A stretch of 64,000 nt of DNA, from the NCBI GenBank assembly GCA_046598345.1, contig JBKJIT010000004.1, forward strand, positions 265,226 through 329,225. Reading direction: 5' to 3'. The notes below the pieces were generated by a model, which saw only the letters and a list, made by a program, of their open reading frames with translations, did not search any database and was not told the origin of the DNA. This DNA is from Minisyncoccia bacterium (GTDB taxonomy: Bacteria; Patescibacteriota; Minisyncoccia; Phycocordibacterales; UBA918). Made by a program: the position numbers and the translations under genes. This document shows, piece after piece, positions 39,401 through 46,361 of the stretch (the stretch's first letter is position 1; each line of letters begins with the position of its first letter).

Positions 39401-42400
39401 GCGTTTCCCTGCGATCCATCGAGAAAATCAATTGCTGAAGATGTTGTCGTGCCAGTTGTTGAGCCAGTCGCAAGCTGCACTAAGTCGGTGACCAGAGCAT
39501 CCGTATCAGAGAGTGTGTCCGTATCAAACTGCTCCTCGGTTGTTTGGAACCATGTTGAAACTGTCGCGCTGGTATCGATAGTGAAACTGTATATCGTTGA
39601 CCATTCTCCCCACGTATTTGATCCAACAGTATCCTGTGCACGTACACGCCAATAGTATGTTGTGTTGTTGGTGAGTGCGGTTGTTGGTGAGTATCGTATT
39701 GTTTCACCGTTAGTGTATGGGTCCTTATCAGCGGGGGTATTAATATTCTCAAACAGTGTTGAGTTTGAAATCGTATTATGATCAATATTAGCCGAAGAAA
39801 AAGTGCGATCGTCATCCACCTGGATTTGATAAGAAAGGTCGTCAGCCTCCTCATCCGTTCCCGCAAATTCAAATCGAGGGAGCGTTGTTGACGATTTTTC
39901 ATTATCAAAAAGTTTTGAGAGAATGGGCGCTTCTGGTGCACTATTCGTGAGAAGCATTGGATACTGGCTGTACGCAAAGAGCGTCGTGTCATCAGACTTA
40001 ACCATTCGAAAACAATAGAGCGTCTCTGCGAGTGCGCCATTATGTTTAAGCACAAAATCCCACTCTCCCTCCTGTCCGATCCCGATCGAAGTAGGAAGAA
40101 CCACCGTCGGGTTTTGCTCTTCATATGTTTCGAGTATGTCAGTGCCCGTTAAGGTTGAGGTGGAAAGTGTAGCGCCATCACTCGGACTCGCATTGTTGTA
40201 ACCAGTCCATACAGCAGAGGAGGTAGCGGAACCCACATCGGTCCACGTACCCACTGTAGTACACACCGAGGTTGTCGTTCCAAATTGAAGCTTGAAATCC
40301 TCGCCGGTCGTGGTTGAGTTGCGTACATTAAGCTGCAATCGTAACCGAACGACGTCATTGTATCTAAGGGGAGTAAATGATGAATCAATAGCTTCGTTTT
40401 CTGCTACGTCTTCAGTACTTGTGGGCCAAGCATCACTCACGGTCGCTGAGTTCACATTTGTATACCAGCGATACGCAGACTGTGTATAGATTGGAACCAA
40501 TCCATATCGTTTTGCAAAAATAACCGTTTGGTATGGGGGAGTGTTTGATGCAATGGTGAAACCACTAACATCGATGGCATGGGTATGCGATCCACTCGAT
40601 CCCGTTGCACCCGAGCGGGCATTATCAGTCGATGCTGTTACCGCTGAAACAACTCCTGGCATATCAGCATGTGTGTGTGTATCGCTTCCACCGGTTGTCC
40701 CGTACGTCGATGCTCCCTTGATGTACCGATTATAAAAGGGATCTCCTGCTTGCCCTGAACGATTGAGCCAGCCTGCAGGAGGTGTATCGCTCCACATCGA
40801 GATAGACGTGAGAGGCGTGGCCGTAGCAGAGGAGGAAGTTGCAAAAATAACTTCGATATAGGGCGGTTCTTGACTTAAAGCAGGAGTAGAGCTGCTCACC
40901 GTATGTGTATGAGATGCCGCCGCCGCAGTGACCTGAGTACCTCCTGTCCTTGAGTTAACGGTCGCTCCACTTGCAGCATCTGTTGTTCCACTCACACTAT
41001 GGGTGTGAGTGTTGGTTCCCGCGCTCGTGATGGTATTTTCTCCATATGGATAGCGACTATCGAGAGGGGTGTATTGTGCCCACCCGGAAGGCAGTACACC
41101 ATCGAATATTAAGACTGCCCCCGCAGGAATTGTTCCTGGATCTCCTGCGCTATTATTTTGAATGAAACGAAGCTGACGATAGGCAGGGAGTGTACTTGTG
41201 CTCCCAATTGTTGGCGTAACTGTGTGGGAGTGAGCGGTAATACTCACGAAAGCACCGGCATTATTTTCCGCATTCGTGGCGGTACTTGCATTCACAACAG
41301 CACTGGCTGTGTGACCCGATGTAGCCGTTCCTCCAGTGGTGCCATACGATGCATCTCCTTTAGGGAACCGCTGATAAAAAGTGCTTGTTGAGGCACATGA
41401 AATACATGTCCAGCCTGAGGGAATAGTAGAAGTGCCGGTCCAGAAGAGAATCATGCTTCCCGTTGCATCAGAAGCAATCTGCCATGCACGATGTTCGACA
41501 AAGTCTGGCACGGGAAGTGAAGCCTCCCCACTCGTGTCAACGATTTCTTCCGGTTCATTTGTAACAGTTTCGTTTGAAACACTCGGTGTTACATCTTCTA
41601 CAGTACTAGTCGCTTCATCTGGAGTAATTGTTTGAGTTGAGACATTCTCTTCTTCTATCAGTACTTCTTCTGTAGGTTCGATGGGTTCAGTGTCAGTTTC
41701 TAAGGAGGCAGAAATATCAGTAGGTGAGGAAACGATTTCAGGTTCGGTACCTTCCTCTTCCACTGCCTGATTACCATCTTCTATGGCATCCGTTTCATCA
41801 ATGGGTGTGAAGATGGTTTCAGATAAGAGCGGTTCACCGTTTGTAGGAAGCGTTTCCTCGATAATAACCCCTCTGTCAACTCCCCGCACTTCTGCCGGCC
41901 CGAGAGTATACAGATACGGAGAAATGTCTGGAGCATCAAATGTGTAGCTAAACGTTTGTGACTCGTTGGCACCTAGGTTCACATTAAAAGTAAGAATGTG
42001 TTCGCTCTCGTTTGTTGTTATCTCCGCGTCAGTACCGCTTACTACAAAATCTCCCGGCACGTGTTCAATGAGTGTGCCCGTAAATGCATTCACTGAAGTG
42101 AGGGTTATCTCCATCGGATATTCCGAAAGTGGATAAATACGTGTTGGGCCTTCACGCATGAGTGTTATTTCATGCGCTGTGACAACCTCCACAGTATCGC
42201 TCGTGTGAGAAAGAACATTTCCTTCATAGTCGACACGCTCTACATACAGCTCGTAGGTACCTGGCACGTTCGGCACAAAGGACGCGGTGTAGTCAGGTAC
42301 GTCAATCACATTATTTCCATTACAGAATCCAGACGGGGTGATAGGTGCACGTGAAATGAAATCAGTTGGATCAATAATGTATAGCTCAAGATTTGCGTCA

Positions 42401-44136
42401 CAAAGCGTATTCCCGCCCTGAGAGAGCGCTCCGAAAGAGAGCGTCGCGGTATCTCCTACGGTATATTTACTTTGACTTGGATTCACCGCGAGCATACCCC
42501 ACTGGAAATCAAACGAATCGGTAAAAATCTTTCCACCTTCATTGATGGTAAGTTCGATCGAGTACGTGCCTGGCTGCAGATTTGTAAGATCGGCAGGATC
42601 AATTTGAATAGTCCATAACCCGTCAACGGTAGTATCAATATCGGCATCTATAGGCACAATACCTTCATCTTTTCGAATTATTGTTACCCCCTCAACCGTC
42701 GCAAGCCTGTCAGAGAAGATGCTTCGGAACAAACGGACCGCAGCATTTCGCTGGGATTCGTATCGGAGGACAAACGTAGGCTCTTCCGTTCGGGTGAAGT
42801 CCAACGAAGTGCTGATGAGTTCATGTTTTTCTGGGAGTGTTAGATATTCAAGGAGGGACGGGAGTAATCGCGCTCGTAATAGTTCCTGATCAAAAATCTC
42901 AGTACTAATTTCGAGCCATGCCGCATCTAAGTACAGTGCTTTTAATCCTCCGGCATCACCACGGTATACCGCACGCACTTCAAGATCTTCGAGTTCGTGT
43001 ACATCCTCGAGTGTTGGGAGTGCAAAGAGGAAATATCCACCATTTAGTGCATTCGAAACCTCTGAATCCATGAGAATTGCGCCCGCATTCACCCACTCAT
43101 CCTTAGTACGATATTCAATATCGAGCATCGGGACAGAGAGCTCGGGGACACTCTCGTATTGCGCTCCAAAAGAAATTCTCAGTTGCACGTTCGTAATGAA
43201 TTGCCCTGACCCAAGTGAAGGAAGAGCAAAATCACTCATGAGTACTACAGGTTCAGGTGCGGTAGTCAAAGGCACCGGAAGAACGTTGCTTGTTTCAGTA
43301 CCAACTGACTCCTGAACCACCTCTTCATTTTCTGTACCACTAAGAACTTCTTCAGATATTGTTTCACTCACCTCACTATCAGCTCCATCCAGTACCACAC
43401 TGACTTCAGATAATCCTGTGGATTCCGTCGCTTCAGTATTTGATTCAAGTGGCGTAACAATGTGCTCACTTGCAAACGGGAGAAGAGCAGTAAATTTGTT
43501 AAAGAACGCGAAGATAGGAGAGCGCACACCAATAAAACTTGTTGGCACTGACTCCGTTGCCTCTACCTCCCCGTTCTCTACCTCCACACTCTCCGACTCT
43601 ACGGTTTGCTCTGGTTCATTTTGACTTTCTGTTGTTATTTCAGGTGCAATATTAATAACTTCTTCAGAGGAGTTTGTGTTTTCAATAATTGAATCAGTAT
43701 CACTGCTCTCCAATTCTTCAGAATAATTTGTTTCAGATTCTTCATCAATAAAAGATGCGGAATTGGATTTCTTAAATGCTTGAAATATTCCGTCTTCTTT
43801 AACATCTCGAGACCCAATCGTATCTGTACGTAGCCAGTCACCTCCCTCTACCTTGCCAGGGAATACATGCAACGTGTCTCCTTTTTTTGTAAGTACTGTT
43901 CCTGAATCAACGTGAGAATATGAAAAGAAAACACATATAAGTAAAAGTCCATAGAGTACTTTGTGTGTTTTTCGAATTTGTCGAAGAGAAACATTTTTTG
44001 CATGTACTAACAGATGTAATCCACAGCGAACTGGATGGACACTCTCACCATAGGAAAAAGCAGACGATGTAGCATGTATCGCTGTAAATAAGGCTTTTAT
44101 GATACTTTTTCTTGTTTTATCTGAGAAAAATCTCAT
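27418..44136 (-). CDS. Giant (~5572 aa) surface adhesin-like protein: acidic stalk, three tail-collar/HxH repeats, FN3-like pair, propeller-like region, three ~800-aa beta-helix-like macro-repeats, DUF2341-like insert, family II C-terminal domain
   Basis: Uninterrupted 16.7-kb ORF, T/S/G-rich; internal repeats visible by eye (SLYSQDH x3, YWS..TDFDGT x3, STWFQTT x2). ATG at 44136 (track start 44181). Confidence 0.9.
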   Translation of the reverse strand: MRFFSDKTRKSIIKALFTAIHATSSAFSYGESVHPVRCGLHLLVHAKNVSLRQIRKTHKVLYGLLLICVFFSYSHVDSGTVLTKKGDTLHVFPGKVEGGDWLRTDTIGSRDVKEDGIFQAFKKSNSASFIDEESETNYSEELESSDTDSIIENTNSSEEVINIAPEITTESQNEPEQTVESESVEVENGEVEATESVPTSFIGVRSPIFAFFNKFTALLPFASEHIVTPLESNTEATESTGLSEVSVVLDGADSEVSETISEEVLSGTENEEVVQESVGTETSNVLPVPLTTAPEPVVLMSDFALPSLGSGQFITNVQLRISFGAQYESVPELSVPMLDIEYRTKDEWVNAGAILMDSEVSNALNGGYFLFALPTLEDVHELEDLEVRAVYRGDAGGLKALYLDAAWLEISTEIFDQELLRARLLPSLLEYLTLPEKHELISTSLDFTRTEEPTFVLRYESQRNAAVRLFRSIFSDRLATVEGVTIIRKDEGIVPIDADIDTTVDGLWTIQIDPADLTNLQPGTYSIELTINEGGKIFTDSFDFQWGMLAVNPSQSKYTVGDTATLSFGALSQGGNTLCDANLELYIIDPTDFISRAPITPSGFCNGNNVIDVPDYTASFVPNVPGTYELYVERVDYEGNVLSHTSDTVEVVTAHEITLMREGPTRIYPLSEYPMEITLTSVNAFTGTLIEHVPGDFVVSGTDAEITTNESEHILTFNVNLGANESQTFSYTFDAPDISPYLYTLGPAEVRGVDRGVIIEETLPTNGEPLLSETIFTPIDETDAIEDGNQAVEEEGTEPEIVSSPTDISASLETDTEPIEPTEEVLIEEENVSTQTITPDEATSTVEDVTPSVSNETVTNEPEEIVDTSGEASLPVPDFVEHRAWQIASDATGSMILFWTGTSTIPSGWTCISCASTSTFYQRFPKGDASYGTTGGTATSGHTASAVVNASTATNAENNAGAFVSITAHSHTVTPTIGSTSTLPAYRQLRFIQNNSAGDPGTIPAGAVLIFDGVLPSGWAQYTPLDSRYPYGENTITSAGTNTHTHSVSGTTDAASGATVNSRTGGTQVTAAAASHTHTVSSSTPALSQEPPYIEVIFATSSSATATPLTSISMWSDTPPAGWLNRSGQAGDPFYNRYIKGASTYGTTGGSDTHTHADMPGVVSAVTASTDNARSGATGSSGSHTHAIDVSGFTIASNTPPYQTVIFAKRYGLVPIYTQSAYRWYTNVNSATVSDAWPTSTEDVAENEAIDSSFTPLRYNDVVRLRLQLNVRNSTTTGEDFKLQFGTTTSVCTTVGTWTDVGSATSSAVWTGYNNASPSDGATLSTSTLTGTDILETYEEQNPTVVLPTSIGIGQEGEWDFVLKHNGALAETLYCFRMVKSDDTTLFAYSQYPMLLTNSAPEAPILSKLFDNEKSSTTLPRFEFAGTDEEADDLSYQIQVDDDRTFSSANIDHNTISNSTLFENINTPADKDPYTNGETIRYSPTTALTNNTTYYWRVRAQDTVGSNTWGEWSTIYSFTIDTSATVSTWFQTTEEQFDTDTLSDTDALVTDLVQLATGSTTGTTTSSAIDFLDGSQGNAWGSLSFVDNETVGDIKYRIQYYSDASATWINVPDTALTGNSTGFDTSGVSLLSMDVSTYRIIRIVAVFTNSGGSPTLSDWTLSWGYRIETPTINAPFDNEKVSTTTPTFEFVTTDPQSDDLEYEIQWSTTYTFTASTTRNSSSSLGFVNITNGADLNPFTSGNTIQFTLQSGDALTNGSTYWWRIRAKDPLSSNEYSFYTDPQSITVDTSVTVSTWFQTTQSQFDTDVLSGAITQAGNTVTVATTSTESLIAYAEGLLTTPQYRVWSGSSWSAEASALDVGAAITWVVTRSAPSENEYLLGTVGTDGDVNIQVYQNGSWGDLQEVTNALSNTNMRGFDIAYEQTSGDALVVTCDGDSNPSYWIWDGASWTLGGATIGLVNGNTCGWIKLISDPTSDEIIAVTRDTSGAGYEARVWTGSAWGNSARLGSMNQANHEGIAAEYEESGGQAVIAVSNGTAASFAWSAWNGSAWTATATVALGDDFEAGSMAADDGSDNMALCYVDQDGDIGAVRWTGAAFTGQIELETAGLTAGNIYEDRPIDCIFEVGGSRDGYIRAVYSDTTNIQSRTWDGVAWLGEVTATTTGKGPRVQARRTGDNTIQVMSYATSTDRYDFTYSTSSDWWAPAQTLETNGAAGAVPFKEPFMITAKNPVTSGTVVGTEINFYDGSGPYFQQMSWIDSEPGGSSILHQVEYYDTASSSWKLIPDSLIPGNSVGTTISPINLTNVLPVSTYSLIRPLANMSCSGGTCPTLSDWTITWSAGIALSGTAQAYDQSTNVTAGSVAVALNGSLQIGKTGTIAAGAWSIPNVNASPGDVVTVFVNGANEVNEAVSVAHYDGVGDMSGMRLYEQHLTLGSNDATTTAFTNAQIALYDATNDEDLFFDGTGTILDMCVETTCGTAELYVMASSTYRPGGTVDVNYFENNGTTTLDGNTMYVTRSWDNNATLTAGTSTVIFTATSTTESIDETGALSPSFYNLTFGTTTGAATWNLITPLDVNNALTVTRGTLARGTVGITVGGSLSNAINGIWTGLGTTTFDGSGTSNWSDANATLQNIGRVVIDGTSKTLALLTNVKAQSITIGVDDIFDVTTGNYNTTVMSDWVNHNTFVARSGTVYFDATTTNRVITAGGDAFYNLNFIGQGGAWAFTEADLTISNDLTIATGTVTMPTGTTTLAGSWNSVGGTFAHNNALVYMTAGTAETIAASGTVFTNAFYNLRFTGSGSWSFLDTSATTSNDFVLTQGSVTLPSAQLSIGGHFTNSAGTFTHNSGTVRFTSATTKTIDTNSSFSSLLFTGSGGWSFVDTNVTAVGDLTVSGGTVTLPGGTLTLGGSFTNAATTTHNSGTVLFNATSLGKTLTTGNSNLYNVTINGVGGGFTVASHATTSNNFTLATSSAFTLSSGATLAVFGTFTNSVGGASTTWSGSTLSLEAGAYSLNTKNTLGDAYGTLRLRANTDIRMWNSTSSTYTVDSTGSLYSQDHNGIDGDLYIFGGYERTSGTEYWSAPTDFDGTSLLGSTRIARVRFASSSSALFTGSTLSITGTSTATTSIANQGSGTYTIGVANGTTSAAFYSFSNLGASGISLSGTTHVSALSDGEIIPGIAAGTGITVSSTTVNANAELQIYRVNFSTTTAIAATNITQTDGTPTTYWWFRESSGNIDGEAFDNDTGDPGSIRWDDSSLTITVSGTVYGADETTPLGAPTCGVGTPVRVVVSNGGTYDGACNGSGVYSIPGVVVIGNPTLTVFLNGASNGERAVAVTKTPTADISDLNLMVNRVIVRHEDVDAMTIADMALYDSTDDSDVPFTAATGSPNSLLVQANTELHVWATTTFTPGGTVTLTSGGTGTSYDGSLHLDNASIFTGAGTTTYSIGGSIFQDINATYVPASTTIIMTATTSGKTISTENSETVRFNELDFTGVGGAWNINGNASATANIYVSTGTVTGTGNISLANGSLYGNGLLSLGSGTTTIASTNTLGGSQAWTFGNLVLGNGTSVGTTTSATTATTTILGKLTIGNAHFFVPGGGVLNLQGAGTVFVETGSFVEGTSTVRYSGTAGSNVLSTNYYNVDVNAQGSSPTFTTTGLGIVVLNNLTVGAGATSTLTVTTNDTALDVNGNVTIGSFGTLIGSDSASFMVGGSWDNNGTFTGSGGTVTFDSVGTKTIAAGNSSFSNVTINAAGTWSISEHATATTAFTLTNATSFTVDPAATLAVGGTFTNSLGGAATTWTNSALHLYGGGNYQINTSSVIDTYGTLTISGTTQIRMWNSSAGTTTVASTGSLYSQDHANVNGALYIYGSYAKTSGTDYWSYATDFDGTVLGGSSRKVDVYFASSSSALYTGGGLSVLGISGASTTLQNQGAGTYGFRVGGSASTTMSYYETRNLNASGLVFSGTPNIVSLSYGDFVVSQSGGSAITVGGNVINQNPAKTFTNNTFGTSTGISAFNVTATGTSVSSWRFTNHSGSIDGESYDVDPDGDPGYVVWDDSAAAVTISGRVYSDEGSTVSTVCDGSTANIHLRVAGLTSFTTSCNGGSGLYSIPGVTYSPGDSLIVYIDGESEKAAVVSEDLISSVANMDLYENRIIVRHEDTDPLSIADMAVWDSSDDADIPFTAVDAGSDTLTLPADRKLIVWNGKTFRPDGNVTLSGGGAGAPYDGTLELFTNAVFDATLSEIHSIGGSLISGSGASIDDETSTFTFTTNGAARTIDTNEYALYNLTLNGSGSWTVTNAALDLANDLTITQGTLTLPTGTTTILGSLSNTGGTFIQNGGHMRFTSAAAETIRTNGSNFGTTTFAGSGSWTYQDLNATSTQHYTILSGTVTAPSGTLAIGGDFITAGTFTHNSGTLRLNASGTGTTSVTASTSDLYSVTFAGLGKYLFTDTNVDLLGTLRIEQGTATLATGTMAIGGSFLNLGGAFNSASGTILFNSSDVGETINPGSSTFNVVSIAAPSGGYTITNNATTTSNFSLTSASTFTLGSGVRLTVQGVFTNLVGGTWTGSTLRITTGLPYTINTSIAGGTSYNILLIGNNTDLRTWNSQATTTVEDSLSSLYSQDHAAVNGELNIYGQYERTTGTDYWSYATDFDGTALGGTERVVTVRIANGATTTFTGSTLHMLGGSGATTTVRNQGSGTYSIRMDSGTLNALNYAFRNLNPNGLTLTGNTTITSLSNGDFELDQNGGTLLTVSSTTVNYNASQVITGVRFATTTAISGTNITLTGTTPSAWTFTTHRGNLAGEAYDVDGATACGSIRWSDSTCLLTQQAGYRWRNDNGGESVPNSEWYDQNWSKRKRVTVVNADATTYTNAVVKVDIPYDGDMQTDFDDLRFTDSSGTTTLSYVRDAYTASTEATVWVKIPSLTASANTTLYMYYGNGGVSDGGVGTTTFVAYDDFEDNNITEYANDTSKFTTSVALAYQGSYGLKAVTVGDRTTHGIHRFDASVAQGSKLRFMKYVDTSAPASGDETCTLFGVQSPGTLHDNYGICLEQFGVDRISISRDVYDNDSDTGTTQLASSTLTYATGWYEVEVEWDTDDTIAVFLYKDGALVATTSVTDGTYTTGGTGFTFWEQHGAWDVYSARTLLGTEPTTTLGYEQVSGGASWFAALNTKASGISANTTVRPRFLIENTGLAITDQYRLEYAAKGNAPSCESVSSASYASVPVQASCTGSPICMVSSSQFANQASTTDVLGGTGTFTTGQIIEDPSNSTQSFGVGANQYTEVEYAITSTTDVTDSNYCLRVSDGGSPIDSYVRVAELELVFVPTVTSLSLNAGMDISLSPGATSTITATGTVTDQNGYADLNVATTTFYRSGVGASCSANTNNCYIAAPAQCTFSNCAGNSCDVSCSADFYYHTDPTDIGTYAGETWRATLSVSDDGGSTASGTAPSIDLLTLRAISVNSTIGYGALEVNSDTGATNASTTVENIGNDALDVSIQGTDLTDGASSVIPATQEKYATSTFTYSACVYCTQLTTSAVNYELNLPKPTSTTPLITDRLYWGIAIPSGVAGVAHTGTNIFYAIGD

Positions 44137-44186
44137 TACCCGAACAAGCAAGTCCAACCACTGAGTTAGAGTGGGTGGCAATTATA

Positions 44187-44224
44187 AGTATAGCCCGCTA
44201 AACGTTGATTTAGCGGGCTATACT
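44187..44224. terminator. 16-bp perfect inverted repeat between 44243..45769 and the giant gene
   Basis: AGTATAGCCCGCTAAA-cgttga-TTTAGCGGGCTATACT. One arm contains a TATACT -10-like hexamer on the minus strand. Confidence 0.55.
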
Positions 44225-44242
44225 GTGGATTCGAAAGTGATT

Positions 44243-45769
44243 TTACTTCAATATTTTGTTTACATCACTGATTTCCTTTTCAATCAATGTTTCTGATACT
44301 TCAAGTGCTTGATTAAGTCCTTCAACTGCCTCTCGTTCCTTCTTCGAAAGACGTTGCTTCTTAGTGATCATATTGATCTGATCATAAATCTCATCACGGA
44401 GGGCTGAGAATATCTTTTCCATCTGGTCTTGAATCTCTTTGGTCTCCTTACGAAGTTTTTGTTCCTTTTGTTCATGGAGTTTCCTCTGATAGAAGAAATA
44501 CATAATCTGCCCAATGATAAGGAGGAGAAGCAGCATGATGACTAGATTCTTTCCCTTAAAAAAATCCCAAATCGAGGTCTGCACTATTTCAGCAACCGGG
44601 GGTTTCCATCCAGCGGTAATAAGAACGGGGACTGCTGACTCGGTCTTATTCCCCGCATAGTCAAACGCAACAACTTTTACAGTGTATGTTCCATCTTCAA
44701 GATTTTTCAATAGATATCCAAGTTCAGCTTCACCTGGAGTCACCTCAATAGTCTCGCCCCCAGCAATGGTCATTTCATACTTCTCAATACCTGACGTAGA
44801 ATCGTTTGCCTTAAAGGTAAGGAGGGGGAATGAAGTCGGCGAATTACCTGAGCGTACGTTCACCGTAAATGCTTCAGGGGGTACGGAGTCGATCTTGATC
44901 ATACGGTGCAAGATTCCTCCCCAGCCAACCTGATTTTCAAATTGAACTGTAAGATACTGCACACCCTCAATAAGCATCTTGTCGTTCAGCGCAATGTCTT
45001 CAATCGGTGGATCGTACTCAGTAACGGGATCAAATTCTGATGATGTTGAAATATCAAGCGCTACCGTAGTAATGTCAAACGGTAGGGTCCAAGTGAAGAT
45101 ACCGGTTTTCGTCGAATACCATAGTTCCGGATCGAGGAATGTCGTCGAACCAGCTTCAGGGGCTCTCGGTGGATCTCCAAACGTAATGGTAGCATCAGGT
45201 GACTCTTCACCTTCTGGTTCTTCCTCTGGAGTAGGCTTAGGAGTTGGAGTGGTAGGCGGTGGGGTTGTAGCCGCTGTGACCGTGTACGAACCAGTACCAC
45301 CCTTTGAATACACATCCGTTCCTTGCCCGTCAGCTGCAAGCACTGATGCGGAAGCAACTGAAACTGCCCCAGTACCTTCACTTAACGCTTTAAAAGTAAT
45401 CACGAGTAACGTCGAAGCCGAAGTAAAGGGTGTTGGACTCCCCCCTCCAAAGTCTATGGTCCCTGCGCTATTTGAAAATGCTGGCTCTGTTGTCCATAGG
45501 GAAAATACTGAACCTGTTTTGGAAACACTCACTACTGAAAGTTTACTTGTATCAAAAGAAAGTTTTGCCTCAACTGCATTCACGCTTTTGCCTTTTGGAT
45601 CAACCTTTGTTGTAACTGTAAAAGATTGTCCTTTTGCGTAGGAACCACTACTCGGTGTAAAGGTGAGTTCAGCAGCGATAGCAGAATGAGCGGTCAGAAA
45701 AAACCCTAACACGAGAAGTGTAGAGAGGGAGAGAATTTTTATGTAATGTAAATGTGCGTAAAGAACCAT
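44243..45769 (-). CDS. Membrane-anchored cohesin protein (cohesin, P-rich linker, Ig-like, TM, cytoplasmic coiled coil)
   Basis: 'GQSFTV..KSVNAVEAKLSFD..SVFSLWTTEPAFSNSAGTIDFGGGSPT..SVLAADGQGT'; 'GTYTVKVVAFDYAGN'; paralog of 10765..12480. Confidence 0.87.
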   Translation of the reverse strand: MVLYAHLHYIKILSLSTLLVLGFFLTAHSAIAAELTFTPSSGSYAKGQSFTVTTKVDPKGKSVNAVEAKLSFDTSKLSVVSVSKTGSVFSLWTTEPAFSNSAGTIDFGGGSPTPFTSASTLLVITFKALSEGTGAVSVASASVLAADGQGTDVYSKGGTGSYTVTAATTPPPTTPTPKPTPEEEPEGEESPDATITFGDPPRAPEAGSTTFLDPELWYSTKTGIFTWTLPFDITTVALDISTSSEFDPVTEYDPPIEDIALNDKMLIEGVQYLTVQFENQVGWGGILHRMIKIDSVPPEAFTVNVRSGNSPTSFPLLTFKANDSTSGIEKYEMTIAGGETIEVTPGEAELGYLLKNLEDGTYTVKVVAFDYAGNKTESAVPVLITAGWKPPVAEIVQTSIWDFFKGKNLVIMLLLLLIIGQIMYFFYQRKLHEQKEQKLRKETKEIQDQMEKIFSALRDEIYDQINMITKKQRLSKKEREAVEGLNQALEVSETLIEKEISDVNKILK

Positions 45770-45785
45770 AACTCACTGTGCGTAC

Positions 45786-46247
45786 TCAACGCTCCTTAGT
45801 ACGTGCCCGACTAATCTTAAGGTGTACTTTTTCTTTTTCTTCCGGCCTTAAAAGCGGCAAGACGAGAACGAGTACACCGTTCTTGATTTTTGCTTCAGCA
45901 TGGGAAATATCCACGCTTTCAGGAAGAATGATGCGGCGATAAAAATCACCCCATACACATTCCTCTGTAAAGTACGCTCCATCTGGCTTCTTTTTCGGAA
46001 ATGCCAAGTGCTCAGGTCTTAGTCGCTTACCTTGAATCAGCACTACGTCCGCATCGCCTTCAATAGATACGTGAATATCGGAAAGCTCTGCGCCTGCCGC
46101 TTGTGCATATACAATAATAAGATCAGTCGTCTGAAACACGTCCACATCAAGTTGCACAATTTTATCGAGTGCAGTTTCTTCTTCACTTGATTGCAAGCGT
46201 TGTTCAGTACGAATCCCCCTTCCTTTGAGTCTTTGCAAAAAGGACAT
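45786..46247 (-). CDS. Hsp20/alpha-crystallin family small heat-shock protein
   Basis: 'LDVDVFQT..IIVYAQAAG', 'IQGKR', 'ECVWGDFYRRIILPESVD...AKIKNGVLVLVLP'. Confidence 0.92.
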   Translation of the reverse strand: MSFLQRLKGRGIRTEQRLQSSEEETALDKIVQLDVDVFQTTDLIIVYAQAAGAELSDIHVSIEGDADVVLIQGKRLRPEHLAFPKKKPDGAYFTEECVWGDFYRRIILPESVDISHAEAKIKNGVLVLVLPLLRPEEKEKVHLKISRARTKER

Positions 46248-46255
46248 ACAGCTTC

Positions 46256-46298
46256 ATTTTACGGCAAAGATGCAAAATACTCGCAAGACTTATACACA
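46256..46298 (-). promoter_or_regulatory. Putative promoter: TGTGTATAA-N28-TAAAAT, near-leaderless
   Basis: -10 at 46256-46261, 8 nt before the ATG; 9-mer at 46290-46298. Confidence 0.55.
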
Positions 46299-46361
46299 AA
46301 GTGCTTTCCTCTCGGATTTAATGAGACGAAGTTAGAACTTAGAAATACATGCGGGGGTTAG

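Noticed and set aside
40500-41460. Prophage or contractile-tail locus
   Set aside because: The tail-collar-like repeats are internal to a cellular giant ORF, and there are no capsid, terminase, sheath, baseplate or integrase genes.
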